A DNA stretch of 64,000 bases from a virus (Duplodnaviria > Caudoviricetes): positions 8,975 through 72,974 of the IMG/VR virus record IMGVR_UViG_3300043036_000358; one strand, 5' to 3'. Under the pieces are notes generated by a model. It had not been told where the DNA came from. It made no database searches and saw only the letters and a program-made list of their open reading frames with translations. Numbering within the stretch: position 1 is the stretch's first letter; the number at the start of each line of letters is the position of its first letter. This document shows positions 55,306-63,945 of this stretch, one piece after another. The position numbers and the translations under genes were made by a program.

Positions 55306-57222
55306 TTAAGCTACGTAACGTAGAGCTGAAACACCAGCACCTAGGTTAGTTGTAACTTGAGTCATGCCAGTACGTAGGCTAGCTACCATAACACGACGTT
55401 GTGTTTCTACTAGGTCTTGTGTATCAACACGTAGACCGCGTTGATTACCAGCCAAGAAGTTACCTGGTGCAAAGCAGATTGCGCCAACAGCGTCAGCTGC
55501 TTTGTCTGCAAATTCAGCACTTACGATAACTGGAGTGTTACCAACTGCACCGATTTGACCAGTTAACAGAGTGGCTTGTTGACCAACTTTGTCGACTGTT
55601 AGGAAGTTTGTATCTTCTAGCAGGTCGTAGTAACCTTCTGTGCTTACGATATAAACTAGTTCAGCTGGGTCTAGACCCCAGGCACCTAGGTCACGACGCA
55701 TAGCTTGCAGTTTTGCAACTGTCATTTTAGCAGCATCAGAAATATCTAGAGTAACAGCGCTTACTGCGTCGTAAGTTGCTAGACCTTTAACTGGATCGCT
55801 TCCGGAACCAGCACCACGTAGCATAGCGCGGTCAACAGCGCGAGCAACACGGCGAACCATAGCGTCACGGATAACAGGCATAATTGCTAGCAGAGCGTCT
55901 TCTTCTTCTTCGTAAGCAACGTATTCGTTTGTTGCAACTTTGTAAGCGTTTAGAGTGATTTCTTTTAGCGCGTGAGTTGCTTCGGCACCAGCAGATGATG
56001 TTGTACCAAATGCTGTGTTAGCCATCCATGTAGCAACACCAGCTTCTGGGTTCACAGGAATAGTCATTACGTTGGTAGCCATAGTAATAGCGCGTAGGTT
56101 AGGAGCAACCACTAGACGACGACGTACTTCATTTTCCATGTTTGTGGATACTTCTAGTTCCCAAGTTGCGCTTGGAACGTGAGCACCGTACTTTTGAACC
56201 ATATCACGGCCAAACTTAGTACCTTCTAGGGCTTTACCTGCCATCTTTGCGAGAATAACGGCCTTCTCTTTGTCAGCATAAGACATTTCACCGGCTTTGC
56301 CATCTGTGAAAGTCATACGTGATTTCTGAATAGCTTCTAGTTCAGCAGCTTTCTCTTTTAGAGCGCTTTCTAGACCAGCAACAACAGATTTAGTTTCGTC
56401 AGCTTGAGCAGCGAAACGCTTCTCTACTTCTGCCATTAGTGCTTCAGCACCAGTTGTGGATGGTGTTGCTAGAGCAACAGCAGCCTTGATTTTTGCGTCT
56501 AAGTCAGCTTGTTGCGCATCGGCAGCAGCTTTTTCAGCAGCGGCTTTTTCTTGAGCAGCTAGCAGGGACTTAGTGGCTTGCTCAGCGGCAGCGGCCAACA
56601 TTTTTTGTAGTTCTTCTGGAGTCATTTCCAATTCCTTTGTGTTATCGCTTTTTGCATCACCGGAGGCTTCTAGCCCTTTAGCTGAGTCGCTTGGGGTAGC
56701 AAATTGCATTTTGAAACTTTTAAATTCTTCGGCCGTATCAAACGCCTTAGAAAGACTAAATAGTGTATTTTGATTAGCTGGTACAGACACAACGGATATT
56801 TCGTGTAGTTCCAGTTCTTTTACAACAAACAGCTCTAAGGCTGAATTATATTCCGCATCAACGATACGGAAACCAATGCTAAAGGCGGTTAGCACGCCGT
56901 CTTTTACAAGATTGAAAACATCCTCAGCTGCTGCAGAAATTCTTGCTGTTACAAACAAGCCTTTCTCATCAACGCGGTGATCTGTCATTCGACCAACTGG
57001 CTCATTGTGGTTGTGGTAAGCAAGAATTACTGGATTTTTCAAGTAATTCTCAATACCCTTTTGCCACACCGCAGCTGGAACAATGTCACCGTGTCTGTCA
57101 ACGTCATTAGTTGAAGCGTATCCTTGAATGGTTACACTTTCAATTTTGCCGTCAGCAGTTGGTAGAGGTTCACTCTTAGTAAAAGAACTGTTTAAAAACA
57201 GGACTTTATTTTTATCTACCAT
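55306..57222 (-). CDS. HK97-type prohead protease fused in frame to delta domain + major capsid protein (internal start at 56625)
   Basis: GYAST..VDRHGDIV, LAYHNH (His), FSIGF (Ser), EISVVSVPAN, then coiled coil and capsid fold; no stop codon in between. Confidence 0.9.
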   Translation of the reverse strand: MVDKNKVLFLNSSFTKSEPLPTADGKIESVTIQGYASTNDVDRHGDIVPAAVWQKGIENYLKNPVILAYHNHNEPVGRMTDHRVDEKGLFVTARISAAAEDVFNLVKDGVLTAFSIGFRIVDAEYNSALELFVVKELELHEISVVSVPANQNTLFSLSKAFDTAEEFKSFKMQFATPSDSAKGLEASGDAKSDNTKELEMTPEELQKMLAAAAEQATKSLLAAQEKAAAEKAAADAQQADLDAKIKAAVALATPSTTGAEALMAEVEKRFAAQADETKSVVAGLESALKEKAAELEAIQKSRMTFTDGKAGEMSYADKEKAVILAKMAGKALEGTKFGRDMVQKYGAHVPSATWELEVSTNMENEVRRRLVVAPNLRAITMATNVMTIPVNPEAGVATWMANTAFGTTSSAGAEATHALKEITLNAYKVATNEYVAYEEEEDALLAIMPVIRDAMVRRVARAVDRAMLRGAGSGSDPVKGLATYDAVSAVTLDISDAAKMTVAKLQAMRRDLGAWGLDPAELVYIVSTEGYYDLLEDTNFLTVDKVGQQATLLTGQIGAVGNTPVIVSAEFADKAADAVGAICFAPGNFLAGNQRGLRVDTQDLVETQRRVMVASLRTGMTQVTTNLGAGVSALRYVA

Positions 57223-57236
57223 AATACCCCTTTGTG

Positions 57237-58421
57237 TTATTCCTTAGCGGAGGCGGGTCGTCCTCCAGTACTAGGATTTGCGGCTGAACCTGCAATATTT
57301 GCAGGAATTCGTAAATCATCGTTGCCAGCTTTTGATTCATAACGAAGTTCTACGCGAGCTTCATTAGGAGTTATAATACCGGCATTTACTAACGTACTAT
57401 GGTACGCAGCAATGTCTTTTAATTCGGGTTGTAGTGCACTAACGGAGCTAGTAATAGCTTCTACGTCGTAACCAAAGTAACGCTCAACTGCACTAATAAA
57501 CTTACGATTAATCGGTAATACTGTTTCTAAGTAGAATAAGCGTAAGTTAGGTGAGATGTTGGCGTTGTTACCACCTTGCAACAAGATTGGCGGAACGCCA
57601 ACTGCTTGCATGATTTTTTCGGCATGAGTTTTGATTGAAGTATCAAAATCCATGTCTTTGAAGTTTGTTTCGGCTAGCTGATGCGGCTTTAAGCCACTGT
57701 CCAAGATAACTGGGCGCTTACCGCCTTGTTTAACATTGTACTTTTGTAACCAGTAAGCAATTGTTTTTTCTTTTGCAACTTGTGATAGCGTGTTATCAGT
57801 GGTAAGCACTAAGCCAAATACTGCACCGTTATCAAAGAAGTTTTCTTGAAATTGCTGCATTGAATACAACAACTTAACGCTGCGGTCTGCTGATTGTAGT
57901 CTGCTGCTTCCACGATAGATACTATCGCTGGCTAAATCACGAAAGTAAAAAACTTCGGACTCTTTGAAGTCTACCATTCCGTTATAACGAAAGCCTTTGA
58001 TAAAAGTCTTTTCGTCAGTCATGATTTCTACTTTGTCAGCAGGCAGGTGATACATAAATACACCGTCAAAGTGTACAAAAGCGTTACCTTCTAGGACAAA
58101 GTCTGTGAATAGCGCGGTGCGAAAATCTTGTGCACTTTGATAGGGGTTAGGACGGAAGTTAAGTAAGGTATTTAGTGTTTTTTGACGAATACCAGTTGTA
58201 ACACCATCGTGTACTTTATCTTTTATGTCGTAGTCTAAGCTACTTGCAGCGTTAACTAACAAGCTAACGCTACGATTAACTGCTTCCAGCTTCTGAAAGC
58301 TTTGAAAGTACGTTACCTTGGCATCACTACCGATTTGTGTACCGGCGTCTTGTGCAATACGTGTTTGTGCTGGGTTCAGTTTTTCACGAATCCAGTCTTG
58401 AGATTTTGTTATCCAACTCAT
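57237..58421 (-). CDS. Portal protein (HK97/T5 type)
   Basis: LNFRPNPYQS..DF...L..GNAF, GVPP.LL..GNNANI, GIITPNEARVEL. Confidence 0.93.
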   Translation of the reverse strand: MSWITKSQDWIREKLNPAQTRIAQDAGTQIGSDAKVTYFQSFQKLEAVNRSVSLLVNAASSLDYDIKDKVHDGVTTGIRQKTLNTLLNFRPNPYQSAQDFRTALFTDFVLEGNAFVHFDGVFMYHLPADKVEIMTDEKTFIKGFRYNGMVDFKESEVFYFRDLASDSIYRGSSRLQSADRSVKLLYSMQQFQENFFDNGAVFGLVLTTDNTLSQVAKEKTIAYWLQKYNVKQGGKRPVILDSGLKPHQLAETNFKDMDFDTSIKTHAEKIMQAVGVPPILLQGGNNANISPNLRLFYLETVLPINRKFISAVERYFGYDVEAITSSVSALQPELKDIAAYHSTLVNAGIITPNEARVELRYESKAGNDDLRIPANIAGSAANPSTGGRPASAKE

Positions 58422-58429
58422 AGTTTCCC

Positions 58430-58861
58430 TTAAATAAATCTTGAGAAAAATGAGTTGTGTGTTTGAGTAGGAACGGCTTTATCACCATGAACGTGCTTTT
58501 CGCGTTGTATTTCAATCCAACGTTGCTGCTTTGCTTCCGAACCTACTGCTGGTGCTTTACCATAAATACTGTGCAGTGCTACATGGTGCGGATTACATAG
58601 GGTGTAAACCTGGTCATATAGCTCTACGCGGTGCTCAGCAATAAATTCATCACGAACAGCTAAAATGCCTTCGTCTGTTGATATGTCGTAACCTTTTCGC
58701 GCAGCCCACGTTTCTAGTAAGATTGTGATCGAATGTAGATGATGAAGTTCTAGGTCTTTGTCAGTATCACAGACAAAGCACTCCGTTTTTTTATCGTACG
58801 CTGCCTTGGCACGATCGCGAACCCACTTAACTGGGATACGTTTGTTTGTGTTCTTGGCCAT
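58430..58861 (-). CDS. T5-like nicking HNH endonuclease
   Basis: VKWVRDRAKAAY.K..ECFVC....LELHH, TLC..HH..LH..YGK; position upstream of portal. Confidence 0.78.
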   Translation of the reverse strand: MAKNTNKRIPVKWVRDRAKAAYDKKTECFVCDTDKDLELHHLHSITILLETWAARKGYDISTDEGILAVRDEFIAEHRVELYDQVYTLCNPHHVALHSIYGKAPAVGSEAKQQRWIEIQREKHVHGDKAVPTQTHNSFFSRFI

Positions 58862-58891
58862 TTTTTAATTGGACCTCTTGAGATTACTAGT

Positions 58892-58920
58892 ATTATACCT
58901 GGTTAGGACAAAAATGTCAA
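58892..58920 (-). promoter_or_regulatory. Perfect-consensus sigma70 promoter for the head operon
   Basis: Minus strand TTGACA-17 nt-TATAAT. Confidence 0.85.
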
Positions 58921-58955
58921 TACCATAATTTTTTGTGCACCTTGGACGTTTTGAC

Positions 58956-58984
58956 TTGCACACACAATCCAAATCGAGTATAAT
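58956..58984 (+). promoter_or_regulatory. Divergent promoter for the + strand GIY-YIG gene
   Basis: TTGCAC-17 nt-TATAAT, then AAGGAG RBS. Confidence 0.72.
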
Positions 58985-59002
58985 TGAATTTTAAGGAGAA
59001 AT

Positions 59003-59584
59003 ATGGCTTCGGGAATATACCGATTAACCTTTTCAAGTGGTAAGTTTTATATCGGCAAATCACTTGACTTGGAAACTCGCTGGAAACAGCACTTTAATAA
59101 GTTCGCAACTGGCAAGGCAGCACGACCTATGCAGGTTGAGTATGAGCGCTGCGGTTTACCGGAAACCGAGGCAATCTTTTATTGTCACCGTGACCATATT
59201 GATATTTTAGAGGAGTTACTTATTGACCAGTTTAAGTGTCATGATATGCTTAACACTACCTACCCAGCAGTTAATCAATCAGATGAAGTTTCCCGACTTA
59301 TAAACAAATCGCATGAGCTACTGCACTTGGGCACACTAGAACACTTGGAGCTAATACATAGCAGCCAACAAAAGATTGATGCCGCACAAGAACTGCAAAG
59401 TGCTGCAGAAGATGCACTCCAACAGCTACGAGACGAGGGTTATATTATTGACCAGGATTATAAGGATCTGCTGGCACTAACCAATGAATTCAAAGATCGT
59501 TACTTTAAGCACAAAACTGAGCTACAACGACTAAGTAAACTAGGCTGGTGGGATAGGCTGTGGAATTACAAGGTGTATGTATAA
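59003..59584 (+). CDS. GIY-YIG nuclease with coiled-coil C-terminus
   Basis: GIYRLTF...FYIGKS..LETRW..H, conserved Glu and LN. Confidence 0.8.
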   Translation: MASGIYRLTFSSGKFYIGKSLDLETRWKQHFNKFATGKAARPMQVEYERCGLPETEAIFYCHRDHIDILEELLIDQFKCHDMLNTTYPAVNQSDEVSRLINKSHELLHLGTLEHLELIHSSQQKIDAAQELQSAAEDALQQLRDEGYIIDQDYKDLLALTNEFKDRYFKHKTELQRLSKLGWWDRLWNYKVYV

Positions 59585-60852
59585 AGTGCGTAACGAATCG
59601 CGTCAGCCATGTGAGAAAACTCATCATGCTTTGGACGTTCACGTTGTAGGCCTTCTTTTGTATCCCAGCGATATTGGTCAAACACTGCTAAGCTGTGAGT
59701 GCAGTGAGGCGCTACTTTGAGTCGGCCTTGCGCTACCAGTGTTTGCACATAAGCAATACCTGGCAGCACATCTTTTTTAGCTTTGGTTGAGGCAAGGTCG
59801 TAGATATAAGCCAGGTCACTAGCAAACTGTGCGGCCGCACTATCAATAAAGATGGTTTCTACACCCCACTTTGAACACAACTCACGAAATGACTCGGCGT
59901 GATCAGCAGTGGTGGCTTCGTTCTTTAAGTACTCATCAACAATCCAAAACACATCGGTGACCATGCAGTAGAGTATTACGACAAACGCTGTGTAGTCACG
60001 ATAGCCTGGGTCACAACCAGCAATGGCTTCGCCACGCAAGTCTGGGGGCGGTTCTAGGACATCGGATTGTGCTAGACTATAAATCTGACCCTCAAACACT
60101 GTGAATGAAGCAAGGTATTCTTGCTCAAATTCAGCACGCGACATAGACTTGCGTGCCTCAGCCACATCCGACTCAGCCATGCGAGTATTCTCGCTATAGT
60201 CACTTTGCAAGCTAACCCACTCTGGAAAATCCGCACTAAATCCCCTCTGATAAAATTGAGAGAACCAGTTGTTGCGACCACGCGGTGTGGAAATAAAAAT
60301 AGCCTTTGAATTAGGCTTATCCAGCGTAGGTCGTAGCGCAACGTTAAACGCAGCCTCACCGTCTGACCCCAGTGCAGCTTCGTCAAAGATGATTAGGTCG
60401 TAGCTTCGACCAACACAACTGTCCACAGTCGACAGCGAACCCATGCGAATTGTCGAACCATTTGAGAGTTCAATAATCTTGTCCTTAAGGTTATCACGCG
60501 AAACTTCTAAGTCAAAGTGCTTGATCAGCTTGCGTTGTAGTTCAAACGAAATTCCCGATAGATTATAGTTTGGCGACATGATTAGCACATTGCAGCCGGG
60601 GACTAGTGAAACAAGCTGACCAACCACATTGGCAATGTAGGTTTTGCCCAGACGTCGTGCTAGTGCAGCGCAAACAAATCGGTACTTGGGGTCGTTGACT
60701 GCGTTAATTAGTGCGATTTGGGGTCGGTTGATGGTTTCGTAAATGCCTAACAGTTTCAAGTAGTTGGTAATAGGCAGCTTAATAAACCTGGCACCGGCAT
60801 CAAACTCAACAATCTCATCGCATTGTACATCTGGTCGTGATACAGTTAGCAT
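59566..60852 (-). CDS. terL: Terminase large subunit
   Basis: ARRLGKT Walker A, LIIFDEAA Walker B, ISTPRG, AGCDPG, SHMADAIRY. Confidence 0.95.
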   Translation of the reverse strand: MLTVSRPDVQCDEIVEFDAGARFIKLPITNYLKLLGIYETINRPQIALINAVNDPKYRFVCAALARRLGKTYIANVVGQLVSLVPGCNVLIMSPNYNLSGISFELQRKLIKHFDLEVSRDNLKDKIIELSNGSTIRMGSLSTVDSCVGRSYDLIIFDEAALGSDGEAAFNVALRPTLDKPNSKAIFISTPRGRNNWFSQFYQRGFSADFPEWVSLQSDYSENTRMAESDVAEARKSMSRAEFEQEYLASFTVFEGQIYSLAQSDVLEPPPDLRGEAIAGCDPGYRDYTAFVVILYCMVTDVFWIVDEYLKNEATTADHAESFRELCSKWGVETIFIDSAAAQFASDLAYIYDLASTKAKKDVLPGIAYVQTLVAQGRLKVAPHCTHSLAVFDQYRWDTKEGLQRERPKHDEFSHMADAIRYALYTYTL

Positions 60853-61529
60853 ACTTTCCAGCCCCTAACACTAAGTTTTTTGCCATTTAGCATTTTGGCA
60901 AAATCTGACTGATCCAGTTTATGTTCTCGCGAAAATGCCCTGGCACTGGTTACTTTATGTACTACACCATCTGGACTAATAACGGATGGATACGCCCTCC
61001 AGTTAGCATGATGTCTTTGTTTATTAATCATTAAATTCCAGTCTTCTGGTACAATATCACGTAAATACAGGTGATTGGTTTGTGAAGAAATATTAAGTAC
61101 TGTACTTATACCTACACCTAATTCGGCAGCTATTTCTTTTGTGGACATATCTGTGTGCGCTAAAAAAGCTACAACTGCAAGATAGTCATCAATGGTATAC
61201 TTGGCACTAGGGCAGTCTTCTCCTACCCCTGTACCGTTGCCGCCTTTGGTGGAGTTGTATCCATCAAGATAAGAATTATACTCTTGTATCCAATAAATTT
61301 CTTGAGTATCTGCACTATTGATATCACAGACTTCTAGAATACTTAGTTCGGGCTTACCGCACTCTGGGTACTCTTGTTGTAGTTTTTTACTGTGATGTAT
61401 TCCGTCACGTAATTTTTGTAGGTGACGTTGTACTCTAGTTTCCGGGTTAAGACTTTGCCCAATATAAACTTTATGACTATTGGGAAAAGTAAGTTTGTAT
61501 ATGTATGTTTGCATAATTAGTACCTTCAT
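60846..61529 (-). mobile_element. Free-standing GIY-YIG (Seg-like) homing endonuclease
   Basis: YIYKL...VYIGQS...RV..H, EIYWIQEYNSY..GYNSTKGG, C-terminal HTH-like DNA-binding modules; inserted between terS and terL. Confidence 0.85.
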
Positions 61530-61545
61530 AAATTATTAAAATACT

Positions 61546-61574
61546 ATTATATCATCTATGAAGGTACTGCGCAA
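61546..61574 (-). promoter_or_regulatory. Promoter for GIY-YIG/terL
   Basis: Minus strand TTGCGC-17 nt-TATAAT with TG extension. Confidence 0.65.
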
Positions 61575-61583
61575 GCTTAAATT

Positions 61584-62060
61584 TTACAACCCGTCTCCAC
61601 TAATAAGCTTTGAAATAAGATGTGAGTACTTTGATCCATCAAGTCCGTCGTTTATTTGCACGTTGACCTGCTTTTGCGGGCCGCCAGGGCCTTGACGAGC
61701 CTTCTCAAGCTGAATTTCACGGTCTAGCAAGTCCATCGACATTTTATGTGAAAGCGCTAGCAGTTCACTAATATCTTTAGTCGATCCAGTTCCGGCTTCA
61801 TGCAGCTCCTGAAACTTTTGCTTGATTAGTGCGTCCATAGCAGCACGCATTTGAAAACGGTTGTTGTAGCCGGTGTCCATGAACACAGCATCAATATAGC
61901 CCTTTACCTCACGGCGGGCGAGGATTTCGGTGACCAGGGTTGGTGGCAAGTCTAGTTCGTGTGCCACACGTTTGGCATCTTGTAACTGTAAATAGCAGTT
62001 TGCTACCTCCAGGGCTTCCGGGGCAATTTGCAGTGTTTCAGCAGGTAGATTTTGAGTCAT
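61584..62060 (-). CDS. terS: Terminase small subunit (T5-like)
   Basis: APEALEVANCYL, EVKGYIDAVF..GY.NR, KDI.ELL..HKM; position. Confidence 0.85.
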   Translation of the reverse strand: MTQNLPAETLQIAPEALEVANCYLQLQDAKRVAHELDLPPTLVTEILARREVKGYIDAVFMDTGYNNRFQMRAAMDALIKQKFQELHEAGTGSTKDISELLALSHKMSMDLLDREIQLEKARQGPGGPQKQVNVQINDGLDGSKYSHLISKLISGDGL

Positions 62061-62078
62061 ATGTAGTCCTTTGGGTGG

Positions 62079-62108
62079 ATTATATCACGGGGGCAGGTGT
62101 GTGGGCAA
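62079..62108 (-). promoter_or_regulatory. Promoter for terS
   Basis: Minus strand TTGCCC-18 nt-TATAAT with TG extension. Confidence 0.55.
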
Positions 62109-62222
62109 GTGCGGATTTGGGGTGGGTTGGGGGGATGTGGAAGGTGGGGGTGGGTTTGTTGTGGTTTAGGGTCGGGTGGGGGCAGTTTGGGTGGATTGGT
62201 GGCGATTGGGTTGAGCGTTGGC
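62089..62222 (+). repeat. G-tract-rich low-complexity non-coding stretch
   Basis: Twelve runs of three or more G in about 125 nt. Confidence 0.9.
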
Positions 62223-62424
62223 ACCGAAAGTGTTTTCGAGTTTTATTTGAATAGGCCGCGTGTGGGTGGGCCCATAGGCAAATGTGAATACTTTAGTCTA
62301 CAAACCGCCCCCTGTGTACTTTTGTTTCTAATCTATTAGCACACCTACTACTTTTGTTTCCTATCACATTTGTGAACCAACTACTACATAGGGAAACTAC
62401 CTAGAAAATAATTTAAAAAACTTG

Positions 62425-62452
62425 TTGACACTGTGAGATTGCGTGATATAAT
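62425..62452 (+). promoter_or_regulatory. Strong early promoter
   Basis: TTGACA-16 nt-TATAAT with TG extension and an A/T-rich upstream element. Confidence 0.75.
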
Positions 62453-62476
62453 TCATACATGACAACGAAAGACACT

Positions 62477-62632
62477 ATGACACAGACACTTGCTCTTGCA
62501 TATGCTGAAAAATTGGTTGAATACTATGCGGCTAAGATCACTGGTGATGATACCATTGTTCGCCGTTCTTATAACGCTTTGTGCACTGCACAAAATGCTC
62601 TGGCTTATGCCGCTGAATGTGAGGCTGAATAA
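62477..62632 (+). CDS. Small hypothetical protein, 51 aa (MTQTLALAYAEKLVEYY...)
   Basis: Hand-translated; first ORF after the promoter. Confidence 0.65.
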   Translation: MTQTLALAYAEKLVEYYAAKITGDDTIVRRSYNALCTAQNALAYAAECEAE

Positions 62633-62727
62633 TGAATAAGATTCGAGAATTTTTGGATTTGGCACTTTGTATGGCTTGCATTGCCCTGCCATTTGTGTTA
62701 TACTTTGCTTTTGTAATGAAACCCTGA
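62632..62727 (+). CDS. 31-aa single-TM peptide (MNKIREFLDLALCMACIALPFVLYFAFVMKP)
   Basis: TAATG stop-start coupling with the upstream ORF; GAGG upstream. Confidence 0.55.
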   Translation: MNKIREFLDLALCMACIALPFVLYFAFVMKP

Positions 62728-62739
62728 AAGGACTTTTAA

Positions 62740-63063
62740 ATGACTACCAAGACTGTGAATTATACGCCTGAGCAGACAGCTCAGATGGTTGCCGACTACC
62801 AAGCCGGTACTACTGTTGAATCCATTGCTGAGGCATTGGGTAAGACTGTTCGTTCGGTTGTTGCCAAGCTCTCACGCGAGAAGGTTTACAAAGCTAAAAC
62901 TTATGTTTCCAAGACTGGTGAAGCTGTAGTAAAAAAGGATGCTGTTGCCGATTACATTGGTGATGCTCTGGGCTTGGGTGAAGCTGATGTAGAATCGCTA
63001 ACCAAAGCTAACAAAACTGCACTCAAAGCGATTGCAGATTTTATTAAGGCTGAAAAGACCTGA
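62740..63063 (+). CDS. A2: T5 A2-like DNA-binding protein
   Basis: HTH-like SIAEALGKTVRSVVAKLSREKVYK and C-terminal SLTKANKTALKAI align by eye to T5 A2; AAGGA RBS. Confidence 0.62.
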   Translation: MTTKTVNYTPEQTAQMVADYQAGTTVESIAEALGKTVRSVVAKLSREKVYKAKTYVSKTGEAVVKKDAVADYIGDALGLGEADVESLTKANKTALKAIADFIKAEKT

Positions 63064-63111
63064 TAACTTGTAGGGGATTGTATCCCCTGCTTTTTATGGT
63101 ATAATACACTC

Positions 63112-63243
63112 ATGAACACAAACACTCAAAACCCAAATACTCCGACTCCAAAAGACGTGCAAGATGAGGTCTTGCGGCGTTTGCTTGAAAAATTGTCTGA
63201 GCCTGATATATTGGCCGTTTTGCAACGAATGAAAGATCGTTGA
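63112..63243 (+). CDS. Small hypothetical protein, 43 aa (MNTNTQNPNTPTPKDVQDEVLRRLLEKL...)
   Basis: Hand-translated; ATG lies just after a TG-extended TATAAT (possibly leaderless). Confidence 0.5.
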   Translation: MNTNTQNPNTPTPKDVQDEVLRRLLEKLSEPDILAVLQRMKDR

Positions 63244-63294
63244 TACTTTTGTTTGCCCACAGAAATGAATACTTTTGTTTCTGTGGGCGCGCCA

Positions 63295-63324
63295 ATTATA
63301 TCATATATAATTTGCCCGTGTCAA
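63295..63324 (-). promoter_or_regulatory. Leftward sigma70-type promoter with no credible ORF downstream
   Basis: Minus strand TTGACA-18 nt-TATAAT with TG extension. Confidence 0.6.
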
Positions 63325-63468
63325 GGGCTTTTGCCAAAAAACAACGAAAATAATTGTAACAGTTGGCCAGAATTGTTACACTTTATTTTGTGTGATGGGC
63401 AAAAAAAGCCACACAAAACCCCAAAAGCCGTGTATAATTGACACATCAACACAGAACAGAGGTTCAAA

Positions 63469-63945
63469 ATGGCAAAGATTACTAAGGTTAGCATTTATGA
63501 CATGGATGGTACTATCGTTTGCAGTTTGCACAGATATAAAACCATCGTTGACGATTCGGGCGAACGAATTGATTTGGATTATTGGAGAGAAAATGAATAT
63601 CGGGCAATGGATGATTCATTATTGCCATTGGCTAGCCAATATCGTGCGGATTTGCAAGATGATAATACTTTTGTGATTATTGCAACTGCCCGTGTTTTGC
63701 GTGAAGCTGATAATAAATTCATCACCGATATTCTCGGTGAACCTGATTATATTATCTCACGTTGTGATGGTGATACTACTTCAGGCGGTAAATTGAAAAT
63801 CGCTGGATTAACTAAGTTTTTTAATCTTAAGCCATTTCAAAATGCTGAATTTACATTTTACGAAGATAATACCACTTATTTGAAAGCGGTTTGTGACCGA
63901 TTTAATATTCGCGGAGTTTATGTTCCCTCAAAGCAAGGCCACTAA
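63469..63945 (+). CDS. HAD-superfamily phosphatase (nucleotidase/PNK-phosphatase-like)
   Basis: IYDMDGT motif I, ATAR motif II, K and YED motifs; GAGG RBS. Confidence 0.82.
   Translation: MAKITKVSIYDMDGTIVCSLHRYKTIVDDSGERIDLDYWRENEYRAMDDSLLPLASQYRADLQDDNTFVIIATARVLREADNKFITDILGEPDYIISRCDGDTTSGGKLKIAGLTKFFNLKPFQNAEFTFYEDNTTYLKAVCDRFNIRGVYVPSKQGH

Noticed and set aside
55820-58630. T5-type nick sites (GCGCGG-like) implied by the nicking endonuclease
   Set aside because: A few GCGCGG matches exist but fall within coding sequence at about chance frequency; nick specificity cannot be read from sequence
61940-62339. Gly/Trp/Val-rich + strand ORFs (104 and 80 aa)
   Set aside because: By-products of the G-rich low-complexity tract; overlap terS antisense and lack an RBS
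62280-63290. Mini-CRISPR array from the TACTTTTGTTT repeats
   Set aside because: Repeat is only ~11 nt, spacing is inconsistent (about 32 and 26 nt), and no cas genes are present
63110-63295. 61-aa minus-strand ORF after the leftward promoter
   Set aside because: TTG start with no RBS, fully antisense to a more plausible 43-aa ORF; kept only as a possible RNA
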